The notes under the pieces: model-generated
What the model was told of the DNA's origin: nothing
What the model saw: the letters and a program-made list of their open reading frames with translations, nothing else
Database searches by the model: none
In this document: positions 1 to 12,914 of the stretch, one piece after another
Layout of the letters: each line of letters begins with the position of its first letter
Numbering within the stretch: the stretch's first letter is position 1
Made by a program: the position numbers and the translations under genes
From: Trichoplax adhaerens
Lineage: Eukaryota; Animalia; Placozoa
Length of the DNA: 64,000 nucleotides
Reading direction: 5' to 3'
NCBI RefSeq assembly: GCF_000150275.1
Contig: NW_002060946.1
Span: 925,562 to 989,561, forward strand

Positions 1-175
1 TTTGTATATATTTCGCAATACAGTAATTTTGATATCATTAAACTTTTAACTCAAAATACTTTACGAGCTTTGACATTATATCTTTTTAAGAAATAGAGGA
101 GCAAGCTATATATTAACTTCTTTCTATGCAAAATATTATGATCATACTTAATATCAGTCAATCTTAAATTTGCAG

Positions 176-1939
176 GTAGTCCTATTTAATACAGCCATAA
201 TAAGTGCGTTAGGGACGGTGGTGATCTTGAATCTCCTTTGGTATGGATAATTCTATCAGAACTATTTAGTTATATTGCCATAACAATACAGTATACGATA
301 TATCGTTCATGAACAGACTTGAATATCAGTAGTGAGAGCTAATGTAACTGTAATATGGCTTTATAAAATGAATAGCATTTATAGCGTAGTTGATAATGTG
401 CATTTTATGATGTAAATAAGCTACTTAAGCTGATTACTCTACTACAATTTTTATCTTGTCTCTTATCAGTTCCGTTGTGCTATGTCTGATCGAATAGTAA
501 ACTACCGTACTTAAATTTATTCGACTTAGCTGCTTCTCTTCCTAATACATTACAAATACCAACTAGCTATACAGCAATATAAGGATCTTGAATATCGCTT
601 TATAGGTCGTATGCTGTGCTTGGGGTTGTTCCTCAACGATGTGTTGATATCCAGCCAACTATAATGCAACCCGATAACCAGAATACGACCTTAGCAGGAC
701 ACTGCAACATTTCCTTAGCATGGTACATAGTGGTGAAATTTTGATATCTTCCAGTAAATCATTTCGTCGCCTGCGAATAACAGTATTATTGCGTCGTAGT
801 AGTAAGGTTAAAGTTTCGATTTTTTGCGCTATTTAGGGCAGAAAGAAACGGTAAAATATCGACTGTTCCATTAACTGAGGTAAAATTGTAATTACGAAAT
901 ATTTATCTGCTGTGATCACTTTAAGAAAAAATAAAATCTACCATATATAGATTCTTCGACAGCATTATCCGAAGTACGATTGGATTGCTAGTTTGGTTGA
1001 AATCTTTATCGTTATCAGTATCACCGTCTCATTTTTAACTTTAGGATCAGCTTTAAGGCACACATGTGAGAAATAACCTTATGCTATTAGCTACTATTTT
1101 AGATTAAAATTAATTAGGTAAAAATTGTATTAAACTTACTATCTTGCTTTGGCACTTTTTCAGTGTGTGGAACGTTAGATACAATCTGGAATTACTTTAA
1201 AGCGAGAATGTCTGAGGAGGCAGCTGCCCAAGTAGAAGATGGGGTTCGCACTACTACGGAAAAAAATTGGCTATGGTAAAACAATTATAAGTTTATTTTA
1301 CTCAGTATCATACGCTCTTAAATTTCCAATAACCACAATTTTATCAATATCAATTAGCGATAATACTAAAACTAGTCGGCTTAAGTATACTTTATTACCC
1401 ATATTATAATTATGAAAGTCTTTTTATTTAAATCTTTCATCACCCTACTCTAGGATTACTAAAATTCTAGTCTATATCCTTACATTTGGCATCGCTTTTA
1501 TAGTTGCAATGTTTAATCCAAAGGTAATATATATATCGTTTTATATTACTAGCCTGCACAAATAAATTACTTACCGTGCAACGATATACCCGTATGTATA
1601 ATTACCTTTTATAATCTATCAGGCATTTATAGCAATCCTAAGTTCTGTAGGATCATTTTTTATCAATTTACAAGCTGGATTGTTCATACCTATGATGATC
1701 TACAAGGCTAGGCGGCATGCTAGCAGGTTGATTATGATTAGGATATTACAACATTTTAAAGCATTAATTTCAGATAATTAATAAGCAGATTATCTTTATT
1801 CTTCTTTAGCAATTTAAAGACGCCTTGTCCGATGGGGAAAATTCTGTATATATTACACTTTTTGATGGCCTTTTATTTCTTATTTGCAGTTGTTTATGAT
1901 ATTGTTATTGTAATTATACAATCTGTTCATAAATCTTAA
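176..1939 (+). CDS. 3' portion of a multi-pass amino-acid transporter, Trp/Tyr permease (HAAAP/APC-superfamily)-like; 5' exons lie before the window
   Basis: Eight GT-AG exons join in frame: 176-240, 606-722, 837-879, 951-1065, 1164-1275, 1454-1523, 1623-1726, 1810-1939 (TAA). Translation: VVLFNTAIISALGTVVILNLLWSYAVLGVVPQ...STVPLTEILRQHYPKYDWIASLVEIFIVISITVSFLTLGSALRH...LTFGIAFIVAMFNPKAFIAILSSVGSFFINLQAGLFIPMMIYKARR... It has several TM helices. The 'SITVSFLTLG' and 'NPKAFIAIL' segments resemble TyrP/Mtr-type permeases (family call from memory). Confidence 0.75.
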
Positions 1940-2853
1940 GAGATGTACATATCATAATCATATCCTAAATGAATTCTAATGAAATCCAAGGTTATCGATA
2001 GTCCAATAAATGACTGATGGAAGAAAAATTGACGTACACGATCATTTCAGCTAGCTTTAAATTAATCGGTATGTCATTTTATGATCAACAAATTGTATAT
2101 TATTTGCTCGTACGACTGAATATTCAATATCCTAATTTGAAATGATGGGCATGTAATAATTTCAATGTTTATACTATTCACTTATCATCTACTCTGTATA
2201 AAACGCAGAGCATGCTAACGATAATTTACAAACGTCTTCTACTGTATACGACGAAATATCGAAGACATGTATATAATAATAGACACAGAAAAGTGATTTT
2301 ATTGAAAATTTAATGCTCATATTAATTCATAAATATTACAATAAATACAGTTCATCGTTGTTTTCAGTGACATTCTAAATTAATCTGAGTTGATATAGTA
2401 TTTTTAATTCCTATAGAAAATTTAACCCATTGCAGTGTATTAAGCACGTCATACCCTTATACCAGATGACAACATCAATCCAAAATCGAGCTTGCACCTG
2501 TTTATAAGAATACTACTAGCAGCTACAAATAAATGTTTTATGTAAATAACCTAAATGACATTGTGTTTGATTTATTTACAAATGGATATCATGATATATA
2601 GTTTCATGTGGTGTACATGTCTTGTATCTTACTGTATTGTTGTCTCTTTAATTGGATAAAGTAATACAACAATATATCCAATAAGCGAGGTGTACAGTAA
2701 TTACAGTCATCATTGCCCTTTAACTGGAGGACTACATTTGGATCCAGAATTATAAGGCTACTAATATATGAAGAAATGTAGCCATTGATAAAACCAACCA
2801 TATCCAATTAAGAATGTTGCTTTAACGGAAAAGCCATCTTTTATACATTATTT

Positions 2854-4781
2854 TTATTGAATTTTATCTTGATTTAGTCCTTTCAATTGAAGAACTACTT
2901 CTTCTTTTAAACTGTTCACTTTAGCAGCATCATCTAGGGTATCACAAATAAATCACAAGGTAAATCGATTGATTTTAAAATTGTTACTGAAAACGTGCAA
3001 CTTGACGTACTATCTATCTGTTTTATCAGCTCTTCCATTCTTCTTATTTCAGAGGTGATCTTTTTCACCTACAGTTTAAATCAATACAAGAACTGTTGTA
3101 TTATGTTAAAAAAAAAAGGAGTATGACTTTCAATTCTATTGAGATTATTCTTCACAGTAGTAAACAGCATATTACTGATAAGCTTTATATAAAATCTGGA
3201 ATCGATATACATGGTGTTTACGATAAAGAATTTATAAACTGGTGAAAACTCTAAACGATAATAACTGCTCCATTTCAGCTTAGTTGATTGAAGTAGATAA
3301 TACTAAAAGTTACCCTTGCTGTATCTAAAGATAACTACAATACTGAAGCTTATATCTAGTAATGGAATAAAACCTTTGTTTGTGTTGTTTCAGAAAGCCG
3401 TTGCGATTCCTGGTGTGCCTTTGCTTTCATGTACTGTAACTAAATAATAAATATCACTGTGTTATGATTTCAATATCATGAGGATGTTGTATGGTTTGCA
3501 GGTTATACAGCTGCATAAGTTTAGGGCCATTGATTAAGCAGTCTATTGAATATAAGTTACCTTTCTAATTTCTTGGCATACCAAATCGATTTCATGATCC
3601 AGTTTTTCTTCTTCTTGTTCGGTATACTGGTTAATTTGCACCTACAATGATTATTTTATTAGTCATCGCTGTCTAATTGAGTGCAATTCAATATATATCA
3701 AGTCGATCCAGTGTACTTTAACCTCATCTTCAGGTAGTAAGATATCATCAGGAATATGGAATACATTTGCTGGTAGATATTGCTATTTGATCAATAGAGT
3801 AGAACAATAGAAAGAAGGTTTATCACGAGTCTCTTTAGCTCGTTACTGGTTGTGATATAAGACAATCATTGTAGTTGGTGATTTTGATACTGTACCATTA
3901 ATGCTGTGGCATTCTTGCTAAGATTATTCGTCAATTCTTGATATAAATCTTGGCAAAACTAAGCAAGTAATTTAAATGATACACCCATTACTACGTTTTC
4001 TTTCGGTTGCATTATACATAATTCTGATTTATGTCAAATAGGCATCATCTATCTTTAGTTCTGTTGTAATAACAGTTTTTGTCTGTGTCATCTCGAGTGA
4101 GTACATTAGTCGTTTCTATCAACCAATGTTGTTGCATATACGAGTATTTGGCTTTACCTGTTTGGCATCTTCAGAAGACATTCCCTATAAAAGTAGACAA
4201 GGTCATTTTTCATCATTCAATGGATATACCACACTCTTTTATCTCATGTACACTATCAAGGAAGTTGAAAGCACTGGTTGTGTGATTGACTACTACCATC
4301 TTACGGCTACGTTACTGCTTGTATAAGCTAAGCTACTTCATTTGTCATCATCGGTGGAGGTAAAAGGTATGATGCATCCATGCGAATAAGCCTTTTCGAC
4401 TACAAGTACTGTCCAGACGATGAAGTTGTAGATTATTTACAAACCTTATTGATTAATTGTTCCTTAACACTCTTGCGCATTTCCTCAGAGTAAAATTTTC
4501 CAGCATTAGTGACTAGGAAGGATAAAAAACGATGCTGTCAAAACAAGAGTTTGTCATCGCATGTTGCAAGCTAGAGTGACAAACGCGTTGAGGCTGGACG
4601 TAACCAATTCCTTTGGTCCTCCTCAATCAACATACTGCCCATCCTATTGGTACATGCATAGCCACTCTACTAGCTTCTACTTACCACCTACAAGCATTTC
4701 TGGGGTACTAAATCCAAAGAACTGTTTCTGATATTGTTGATGATTGCTTGATTGATCCTCCACTTGCAAGTCTCCTTCCAT
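2854..4781 (-). CDS. MIS12: Kinetochore protein Mis12 (~199 aa, 9 exons)
   Basis: Exons 4685-4781, 4445-4512, 4158-4184, 3896-3958, 3723-3782, 3561-3641, 3374-3439, 3011-3068 and 2854-2933 total 600 nt in frame. It carries the Mis12 hallmarks YQKQFFGFSTP (N-terminal Y..QFFGF.P) and VFHIPDDILLPEDE, followed by coiled coil. Confidence 0.9.
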
Positions 4782-4821
4782 TTTGCTGCAATCATCGGCT
4801 TTCTGGGGCTACTATGTTATC

Positions 4822-5720
4822 ATACTGTACAGTAATACCGCACTGTATGAGTTTGGCCGTCCCGGTAGCAGACGATACAGTACAGTACAGTACGGTACCC
4901 TGGTCAGTTTCCAAAAATTGGCGGGAGAAAGTGCGTACAGTACTGTACGGAACGGTACGTAGTACTGTGCGGTACGGTACGTAGTACTGTACTGTACACT
5001 GGTTACGGTCACAGTACTGTACTGTGCAGTGTACTGTACAGTGTACTGTACACTCAGTACGGTACTGTAATGTACTGTACAATTGTACTGTACAGTACAG
5101 TACAGTACAATATTACTGTCCTGTGCTCTACAGTGTACAGTACAGTACTGTACAGTACAGTACTGTACAGTACGTACAGTACTATTTACCGTACTCTGCA
5201 GTAATTGAAATAAAATGGATAAAATCGATAGGACTTCAATACAGGCTTTCTCAACCTCTATGGTTGTCCGTCAAAACCATCAGTGTACAGTACACTACTG
5301 TATATTGACAGTCAAAGTCTGCAATACTGTACTGTATTCCACAGTATCAGAGTGTGCAGCAGGATACCAACTAAAATACAAGACAGCCGGAATGAACTGT
5401 TCAAATTGGGGACGCACAAAATTTCATGCATTTGCTAACAGTCAATTACGGCCATAAAAACTGGAGAAAATTCTCTTCTTATACAGTACTGTACTGTCGA
5501 GGATCCAGAAATTACAGTGTACTGTACTGTACACAGTACAGTCCAGTACTGTACACTGTACAGTAGGTAAAAACATCACTACAGTTCAAGTTACTGTACT
5601 GTACAAGTGTACAGTACAATGTACCCCATACCTCGGACTGTGGACAAAGGACAAAAACAAAATCTTTTTTCTGTCAGCTGTCAGACTACGTTCTCACCCG
5701 TCTGTATACTGTACTGTACC
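4822..5720. repeat. Degenerate pentamer array TA(CAGTA/CTGTA)n, i.e. (GTACW)n, in the MIS12-importin alpha divergent promoter
   Basis: For example, 5131-5183 reads cagtgtacagtacagtactgtacagtacagtactgtacagtacgtacagtact. There are many TACAGTA, TACTGTA and TACGGTA units in mixed orientation. The ORFs called here are low-complexity translations of the repeat. Confidence 0.9.
4908..4930 (-). promoter_or_regulatory. E2F/CDE-like element with adjacent CHR-like hexamer upstream of MIS12
   Basis: Minus strand reads TTTCTCCCGCC-AATT-TTTGGAAA, ~130 bp upstream of the MIS12 ATG. It also contains CCAAT. Confidence 0.4.
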
Positions 5721-6066
5721 TACCGTACTCCAGCTCAAGTTGAAAATTTCCCCTCCAACTCTGCAATCATTTTTCTGTACAATACTGTATTTACCTTGAG
5801 GCTTGAGTTCATTAAAAAAAAAAGTTCAAGTTGCTGCAAACACCTTGCCATAGATGCAAGGGGTAATCACAACTGGTATAGTTATTACTTTACTTGTCTT
5901 TGCAGTCGTCTTGTCGTCTTATTGATCAACTGGTTGCTTCGCTACCTTTTTCGAATACAACATTGGAATATCGTTCAAGTTATCAAAGCCACACTGATCT
6001 TTACTTTCAATCATTGAACTGCGTACTGTAACCTTAGTCGGTGCAGTACGAACAGTGTTCAAAGAC

Positions 6067-9000
6067 ATGGAGCCGGGAACGCGCGGTAATCGGATACAAA
6101 CTTACAAGCACAAAGGCAAGGATAAACAGGTTAGTGATCAAACTACAGTACTTGTAGTAAATGGCACGTTTTTGGCCACTTTCAAAGAAGACGCTTAACA
6201 TCAACAAATTCAACGCTAGATGCATTCAAAAAAATGGGTAGATTTTCTATTGTACTGTACATACAGTGGATCAGCCATAGTAGCTTTTCCTCCTACTAAA
6301 GAATCGACATTTTACGCTGTACAATAGCATCAATTTGTCGGCCAGCTTTGTCGTTTTGACTAGTCATTTCACCAAGCTTGATATTGTAGTGGACTACACA
6401 AGACTGTCATAAATTGTAGTGGACATGGTTCCACCATGGAACTGATACAACGCAGATGTTGTAGAATAATAGTGGTATCATCATTTTGTAAGAAAAATCT
6501 TAAAATCACTTTCAGCGGCTTAATTTGTCCTCCATTTTATAGTCCAGTATGGAGCATACATTCGTGGCTATACCGCAATAATCGAGTTTATATAGTTATA
6601 GGATAAGTCAGCGGATACGTTAGTTTTAGCAGTCAATTCACGTCAGCAATTCCAAAAGAATAATATACTGCGTTGTAGAGCTCGGTCCACAAAAGTTCAA
6701 CTTCTCGTCGGCCACGCACACTGTGTTATCAATCAAATCAGTGCTCATCGCCATTACTATGCTGATGCAAGTACAGTACTGTACACTTGCTGAACAAGTA
6801 GCGTCAAGGAAGCTATCTTGTAATTATTCCCTGATTTCCATCTATAGTACGATAGAATATACATTACTTCCGAGATCTGATCCAACTTGAGTGCCGTAGC
6901 TTTTATCTCCTGTGCTTAAATGGAGATGACTTTGATTACTGTATATTACAATCATATGTTCCAATTGGTGGTAATGATACACCAGATAGTGCTATCGTCT
7001 CCTGTTACGGCTATTACTGTAAATATGCCGTCACTGTGGAGACCTAATTATACTATACAGTACATAAGCATTCAGTGGATCCAGGGAATGTACAACATAA
7101 ATTGAATGAATACCAGCGACTATATCCCATTTCGTTAGTCTCTGGTAGTGCTTACTGTACAATCACATGCAGTACGACAATTTTAGGCTTCAAGTAGTTG
7201 TTTCTATGCACATTCTATCCATTATTCTCCGTCGTTCACAATTCGCAAATATATGTTTCTAGCAGTTTCCAATAGCTCCCAAAACATGATTCTATTAGCT
7301 ATACAGCAGTTGTCCAATGTACAGAGCTACCTGTTTCTATTTTGTCTTTTACTTTACCAAGCTTCGTGAAGCTACAGGCTGCTGGTTGCCAACTTGGCGG
7401 CGCGCTAGAGCCATATAAAAAGAGTTTTACTGCATCGCGCAGTATTGTACAGCACAGTGCCCATACAGTCGATACAGCACTATAAAACTACTGTCAACAT
7501 CCCTGGTAACTTGGTCAAGACGATACAGTGTCTGCCGTCGTACTGTCGACGCTTATAGTCTACTGCCATGATACAGCGGTATATATATAGATATATATAA
7601 TTATATTGACATACAATGCATATAGTACAGCACTGAATCATACTGTACTAGATTGTGCTATATTGAGCGAGAAAAGCACAGATCGTTCATAAAGATTTTG
7701 ACCTTGCTAGGTTGATGAATTCTACCGAAAGGAGATGATAGACGACTTATTAAAGGACTACCTCCATACATTGGCTATACATCATTAAATAAACCATGGC
7801 CACACCATGCTAAAACACAGTGATTGAGGCTAAATTGAAACCTTTCATTCTATTGCGATGCTTTGCAAGTCAAATGAACCTTGTATCACATTCTACGGGA
7901 GTGAATTATCTTCGCATCAGGATAATTTTACGCAATTACAGTAGAATGATTGCTAGAATCGATTTTTACCCAAACTTGATAATGTAAACCTTTATCAAGG
8001 AAAAAAAGCCGTTGTAAAAATGTCGCACATGATACGGTCAATCGCAAAAATGACGTAATTAAACTTTGCTGAAGATGGAAGCTAGATGATATCAACAAAC
8101 TAATTAGAAATAAATAATTATTGTTATAATCTAACAACCAGTGTACGTATGGCATGTTTAGTATATTATCCAATTGTTCTGCTGTAGGAACTGAGAAGAA
8201 GAAGGGTCGATGTGAAAATAGAATTACGCAAGGTAGTGATGCCAAATTATTATTAGTATTGATAACTTTCAAAAGTAGCTTTATTTTGTGACAACTTTTT
8301 TTTACTATATTTAGGTTTGTAACAGATTATACGATTATAGCTAGTTTACGATGGTGATTATATGCAATTGCTGATATGTAAATAACTTATTAGAATGCTT
8401 AAAATTCCATATAAACAAAGCTATTATAATACTATTCATTTACCGTTATTTTTCTAAGAGTATATAAATCAACAGACTTAGCATATGCTATTCATCTGAT
8501 AGACTAGTTTTTAGCTTAGACCCAGTGATATTGCATTACATTGCCGTATTCACCTAAGTTATCTTCGTGAGATCCTTTCTGATTGAAGATTAATTCTTAT
8601 TCTCATTTGTAACATACAAACTTAGAATAAGAGATCTGAAGAAATTGCAAAGCGTCGAAATGTACCCGTAGATGATGAAATCGATGAGGAGGATGATAGA
8701 GCGCTTGAGGTAACTTTGATTAATTTAATCTCTGTCTATTAATCTGTTGATATCAATGTGCTGTAGCCAAATATAGTTTCTTGTTTTAAATGCTTTTAAT
8801 GAATAACTAAATGTTTTTAGCGCAAAGCCATGATACTAATAGATTACGAATACTTTGGTTAACATTAGTAGTTTCTGCATTTAAATTTTACCTATGATAA
8901 CGCTAGACAATAGTAGAGTTGTTGACAAGCTAAAAAATGTTGGCGGAGCATTTTTGTAACGCAACATGACTTATAGTTGCAATAAGATAGCAAATGATTG

Positions 9001-12000
9001 CCAATAGTATGGTTTATTGTAGTCAGTATAAATCATAGCTAACGGCTACTCCCGCGTTATGAAGCTGACCCTCGATGTGAAATTCAGAAATGAATTGAAA
9101 TTTATATATATACAAGTAGATGTTAACGCTATTGATATATTCAAAAATAATTTAGGACTATGCTACCAATGTGGTAATTACCCATGTTGCGCAGGTTAGT
9201 AACATGTTAAAAATTGATAAATAGACGTTTCGCTAGGCTAGAAAGGGAGAATATTTATCTGTAAGCTAGTGCCAATTTATGTAACTGATATTCAAGTTAT
9301 GCGCAAGCTGTATATATATATATATATATATATAGTGCTAATCTACTTGTGCGAGTTTTTATAGTGGTAGCTCACATAAATTAGCAATCACGATAAGATT
9401 TATTGGTATTCGTAATAGCGCACATTATATAAGTATTAATCATATTTAAAGTTGAGATTTAATGATAAAATTACAGGTAGTTAAGAATATATACTGTAGT
9501 GATCAACACGCATGAGTTGTAATTTCTTGGTAATTACGTATGATTAATATGTTACACATGTGCTATAACCTACAGCGTGCAAAGAATTCAGATCCAAATG
9601 TTCAGTTAGAAGCAGTTCAAGCGATTAGGTGAGCGGATAACCGGATAACCTATGATTTAAATTTATAACGGATCGGAAGGATAATTCAGGATATCTTTTG
9701 TAGTATTTTAAGTAGTTATCGCTATAGCAAGCCATATGTTAGTGAAAACTTCACGTAGACGATAAACCTTAAAATGCTCCATGTTATCCAATATCTGTGT
9801 ACACTTGCATTACAACAAGCATGCAATATGTGACTGATAGTATAAAATCACTTTGAAAGCTTTAATATCAAATTTAGACAAATAACTGCTCAGTATTACT
9901 AAGGATGAATTTATTTATCATTGATCTCGGTCTGTATCATGCTTTTTCAGAAAATTATTATCAAAGGATAAATCACCTCCAATTGATCATATCGTTAAGT
10001 AAGTAATTGATTATTGCATAGTAAAAATAATATCCCGTGTACTCGATCTTGATAGTAATTTTGTCAATTTAAGTCCGATACTAGTAATAAGTAAATGTTT
10101 TATATCATTTAATCTGCGGTTATGCTTTATGCGTAGTACCGGCGTGGTTACCACTTTGGTCAACTGCTTAGAGAGAAATGATTCGTATGTACTATGAAGC
10201 AATCATAATAGTTTAATATTCTAAATTTGTAATCCAATGCAATCGTTTTCAATAAGCTAGAAAAATAGTAATAAAGTTGTTAATAAATATACTTGTATGT
10301 CGGGTACGGTACATTTAATTGTATACAAAGGAGTGGTGAAATACTGCATTTCTTAAATCTAACTGTTAATTTTAACAAAATATCCAAGGCCTTCTTTACA
10401 ATTTGAAGCCGCATGGGCTTTAACTAATATTGCGTCTGGAACCTCAGAGCAAACCCGAGCTGTAGTCCAGTTCGGTGCTGTTCCTCATTTTATTGCCTTA
10501 TTGAGTTCATCTTACACCGATGTCTGCGAACAGGCTGTATGGGCGTTAGGAAATATTATAGGTAATAAAAAACTATCTAATAACAACCATTGAACTAACT
10601 ATATTTAAAGGGTTGTTGTATTAACTACGTATATAATGCTGTATCTTTAAAAAAGGTGATGGATCGGAACTACGAGATTATGTTCTTAGTCAAGGACTGC
10701 TAACACCGCTGTTAAAATTCGTTTCACCCAACGTCTCGGTAAGTGTAATATCAATATTAATCATATGCATCTTGCATAAATAAATGGTCGATTTATCAGT
10801 TATTTACTTACAATTACATGATACGGAATATGGTCTTTCGGGATATAGTGTAAAGAAACTTTCTGTTGGCGACGCATTTGTTGGTATTAACGTAACTCCA
10901 AACTTTGATATTTTTCAGCTGTCATTTTTACGTAATGTGACGTGGGTTTTAGTCAATCTATGCCGGAGTAAAGATCCTCCCCCTTCATTAGAAATTGTTC
11001 TACAAGTAAGCATTTATATAACATTTATTTCAACGATTTCATTGATCGTAATTTTGCTTACTTGAATCCGTATCCAAATACTGCAATATATGCGTACGTG
11101 TCTTGAATATAGATTCTTGGTGCCCTTGTTGCTTTAATCCACCATAACGATTTAGATGTAAGTGTATACATTGTATTCTTGTCTTTCAAATTCTGTAAAT
11201 TTTTTTTGGCAGCAAAGCTAATATGCATTCGACACGGTTGTTGTTATCTAATTTATGAATGTTGCAATACTGTTAGATTTTAATCGATTGTGTTTGGGCG
11301 CTGTCGTATTTAACGGATGGCAGTAAACAGCAAGTTCAGGTAATTAACGCATTTTAACTACATTTCCAAGATGGTGATTATTTATTAAAATACCAGTGCA
11401 TGCTCACTCTGAATATGGTTACAGATAAACTTTTAAGTAAATCTAAATATTATCTTATTCTCCTTTAGGCTGTAATAAATACCTCGATCGTGCCAACACT
11501 TATAGGATTTATGGGTGCAAAAGAAATTAAATTACAAGTAATGATCTATCTTGATGATTTAGAAGCTATTTATTCAGTAGCATAAAAACTTTATTAACCA
11601 CTTTTACTTTTATTTAACTATTAGACCGCTGCTTTACGTGCAGTCGGGAATATAGTAACTGGTACTGATTATCATACACAGGTTAGGAATCCGTTCAAAA
11701 TTCTTTTTTTTAATGAGTATAATTTTTAAAACCACTTCTAATTATATATTGCATTGATGTTTTAATGCTAAGATTGTTCTGGACAATGGAGCCCTAAATC
11801 ATTTCCAAAATTTATTAACTCATAGTAAGGAGAAAGTTAAAAAGGTAAGATTGAAAATATAATTGTTATAATGCATACGGTGCAGTCGTTAATCAAATCT
11901 GTTTACGACTAAGAAAATACGTTTATACTAACTTAGGAAGCAATGTGGTTCTTATCTAATGTTACTGCTGGCATACCTAAGCAAATACACGTAAATAAAT

Positions 12001-12914
12001 TAACTGAACTAACTTCTAATTGCTTGTGTTATTTTTTAATAGTTATTAATCTTTAATTATTGTTTTAATCAATTAGATGGTTATCGAGGCTGGTTTAGTC
12101 CCTTTAATTATTAACTGCTTAGCAAATGCTGACTTTCAAACTCGTAAAGAGGCAGCTTGGGCGGTTAGTAACCTCGCTGTCAATGGTGAAGCTGAACACG
12201 TAAGTTACTGGGAATTAAAATTTTGCTTCACACGATAAGCAAGTTCACTTATTAATTGATTTCCTGTCTGTTATTAGATAAGCCTTATGGTAGCCGATGG
12301 TGTTATTACTCCTATGTGCGAAATGTTGACAATTAAAGATATTCAAATTGTTCATGTATTGCTAGATGGTATTTTAAATATTTTAAAGGTTGGCCATATT
12401 AGATACGTATAAGATAGATTAGTAGTAGATTTTGGTAATCGACTCCGACACTCTGTTACTAATATCTGAATGTCATGTATTTATGGTGCTGTGTATAGGC
12501 TTTACCCAATGACATAGGAAACATTACAATTATTATCGAAGAATGTGGAGGTAATGACTAGTGTAATTTGCTAGAAATTATTGTGAATTGTAATAATAAT
12601 ACATCGATAGCAATCAATTTTTATAATATTTTATCTTATCTTTAGGATTGACAAAAATTGAAGAACTACAAAATAGCGAAAATACTGAAATTTCGAAGCT
12701 GTCTTCGGAAATAATTGATAAATACCTCGCGACTGTAAATAATTATCCATCTTTAGAATTAACAATTTTTGGTAGTTAATGCTGTGAAGAGAAAAGTGAT
12801 CAGTTCCGTTCTATTTCGCAGGAGAATGAAATCCAAGGTGTTCAACCTGAAAAATCGGAAAAGCAATACAATTTTGCAGTAGATAATGTCCCTCATTCAA
12901 ATTTTAATTTCTAA
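6067..12914 (+). CDS. KPNA3/4: Importin subunit alpha, alpha3 clade (KPNA3/KPNA4-like), ~21 exons
   Basis: Exon 1 is 6067-6129 ([21 protein letters not shown]). IBB exons 8188-8232 and 8626-8709 encode [32 protein letters not shown] repeats include [29 protein letters not shown] (alpha3-type), [36 protein letters not shown] and KEAAWAVSN. The last exon 12822-12914 ends ...SNFNF*. Confidence 0.95.
9311..9334. repeat. (TA)12 microsatellite in an importin alpha intron
   Basis: Perfect TA run seen directly. Confidence 0.9.

Noticed and set aside
4748-5457. Five overlapping ORFs rich in Y/S/T/V/Q/C
   Set aside because: They are translations of the stop-poor (GTACW)n repeat on both strands.
4822-5720. 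CRISPR-like or telomeric array
   Set aside because: No constant repeat-spacer structure, no single-orientation unit, and a eukaryotic promoter context.
5607-6017. 136-aa ORF
   Set aside because: Non-ATG start, overlaps the repeat and the importin alpha leader, and has no recognisable domain.
7928-8272. 114-aa minus-strand ORF
   Set aside because: Antisense to importin alpha exon 2 and intron, with no protein-like features.
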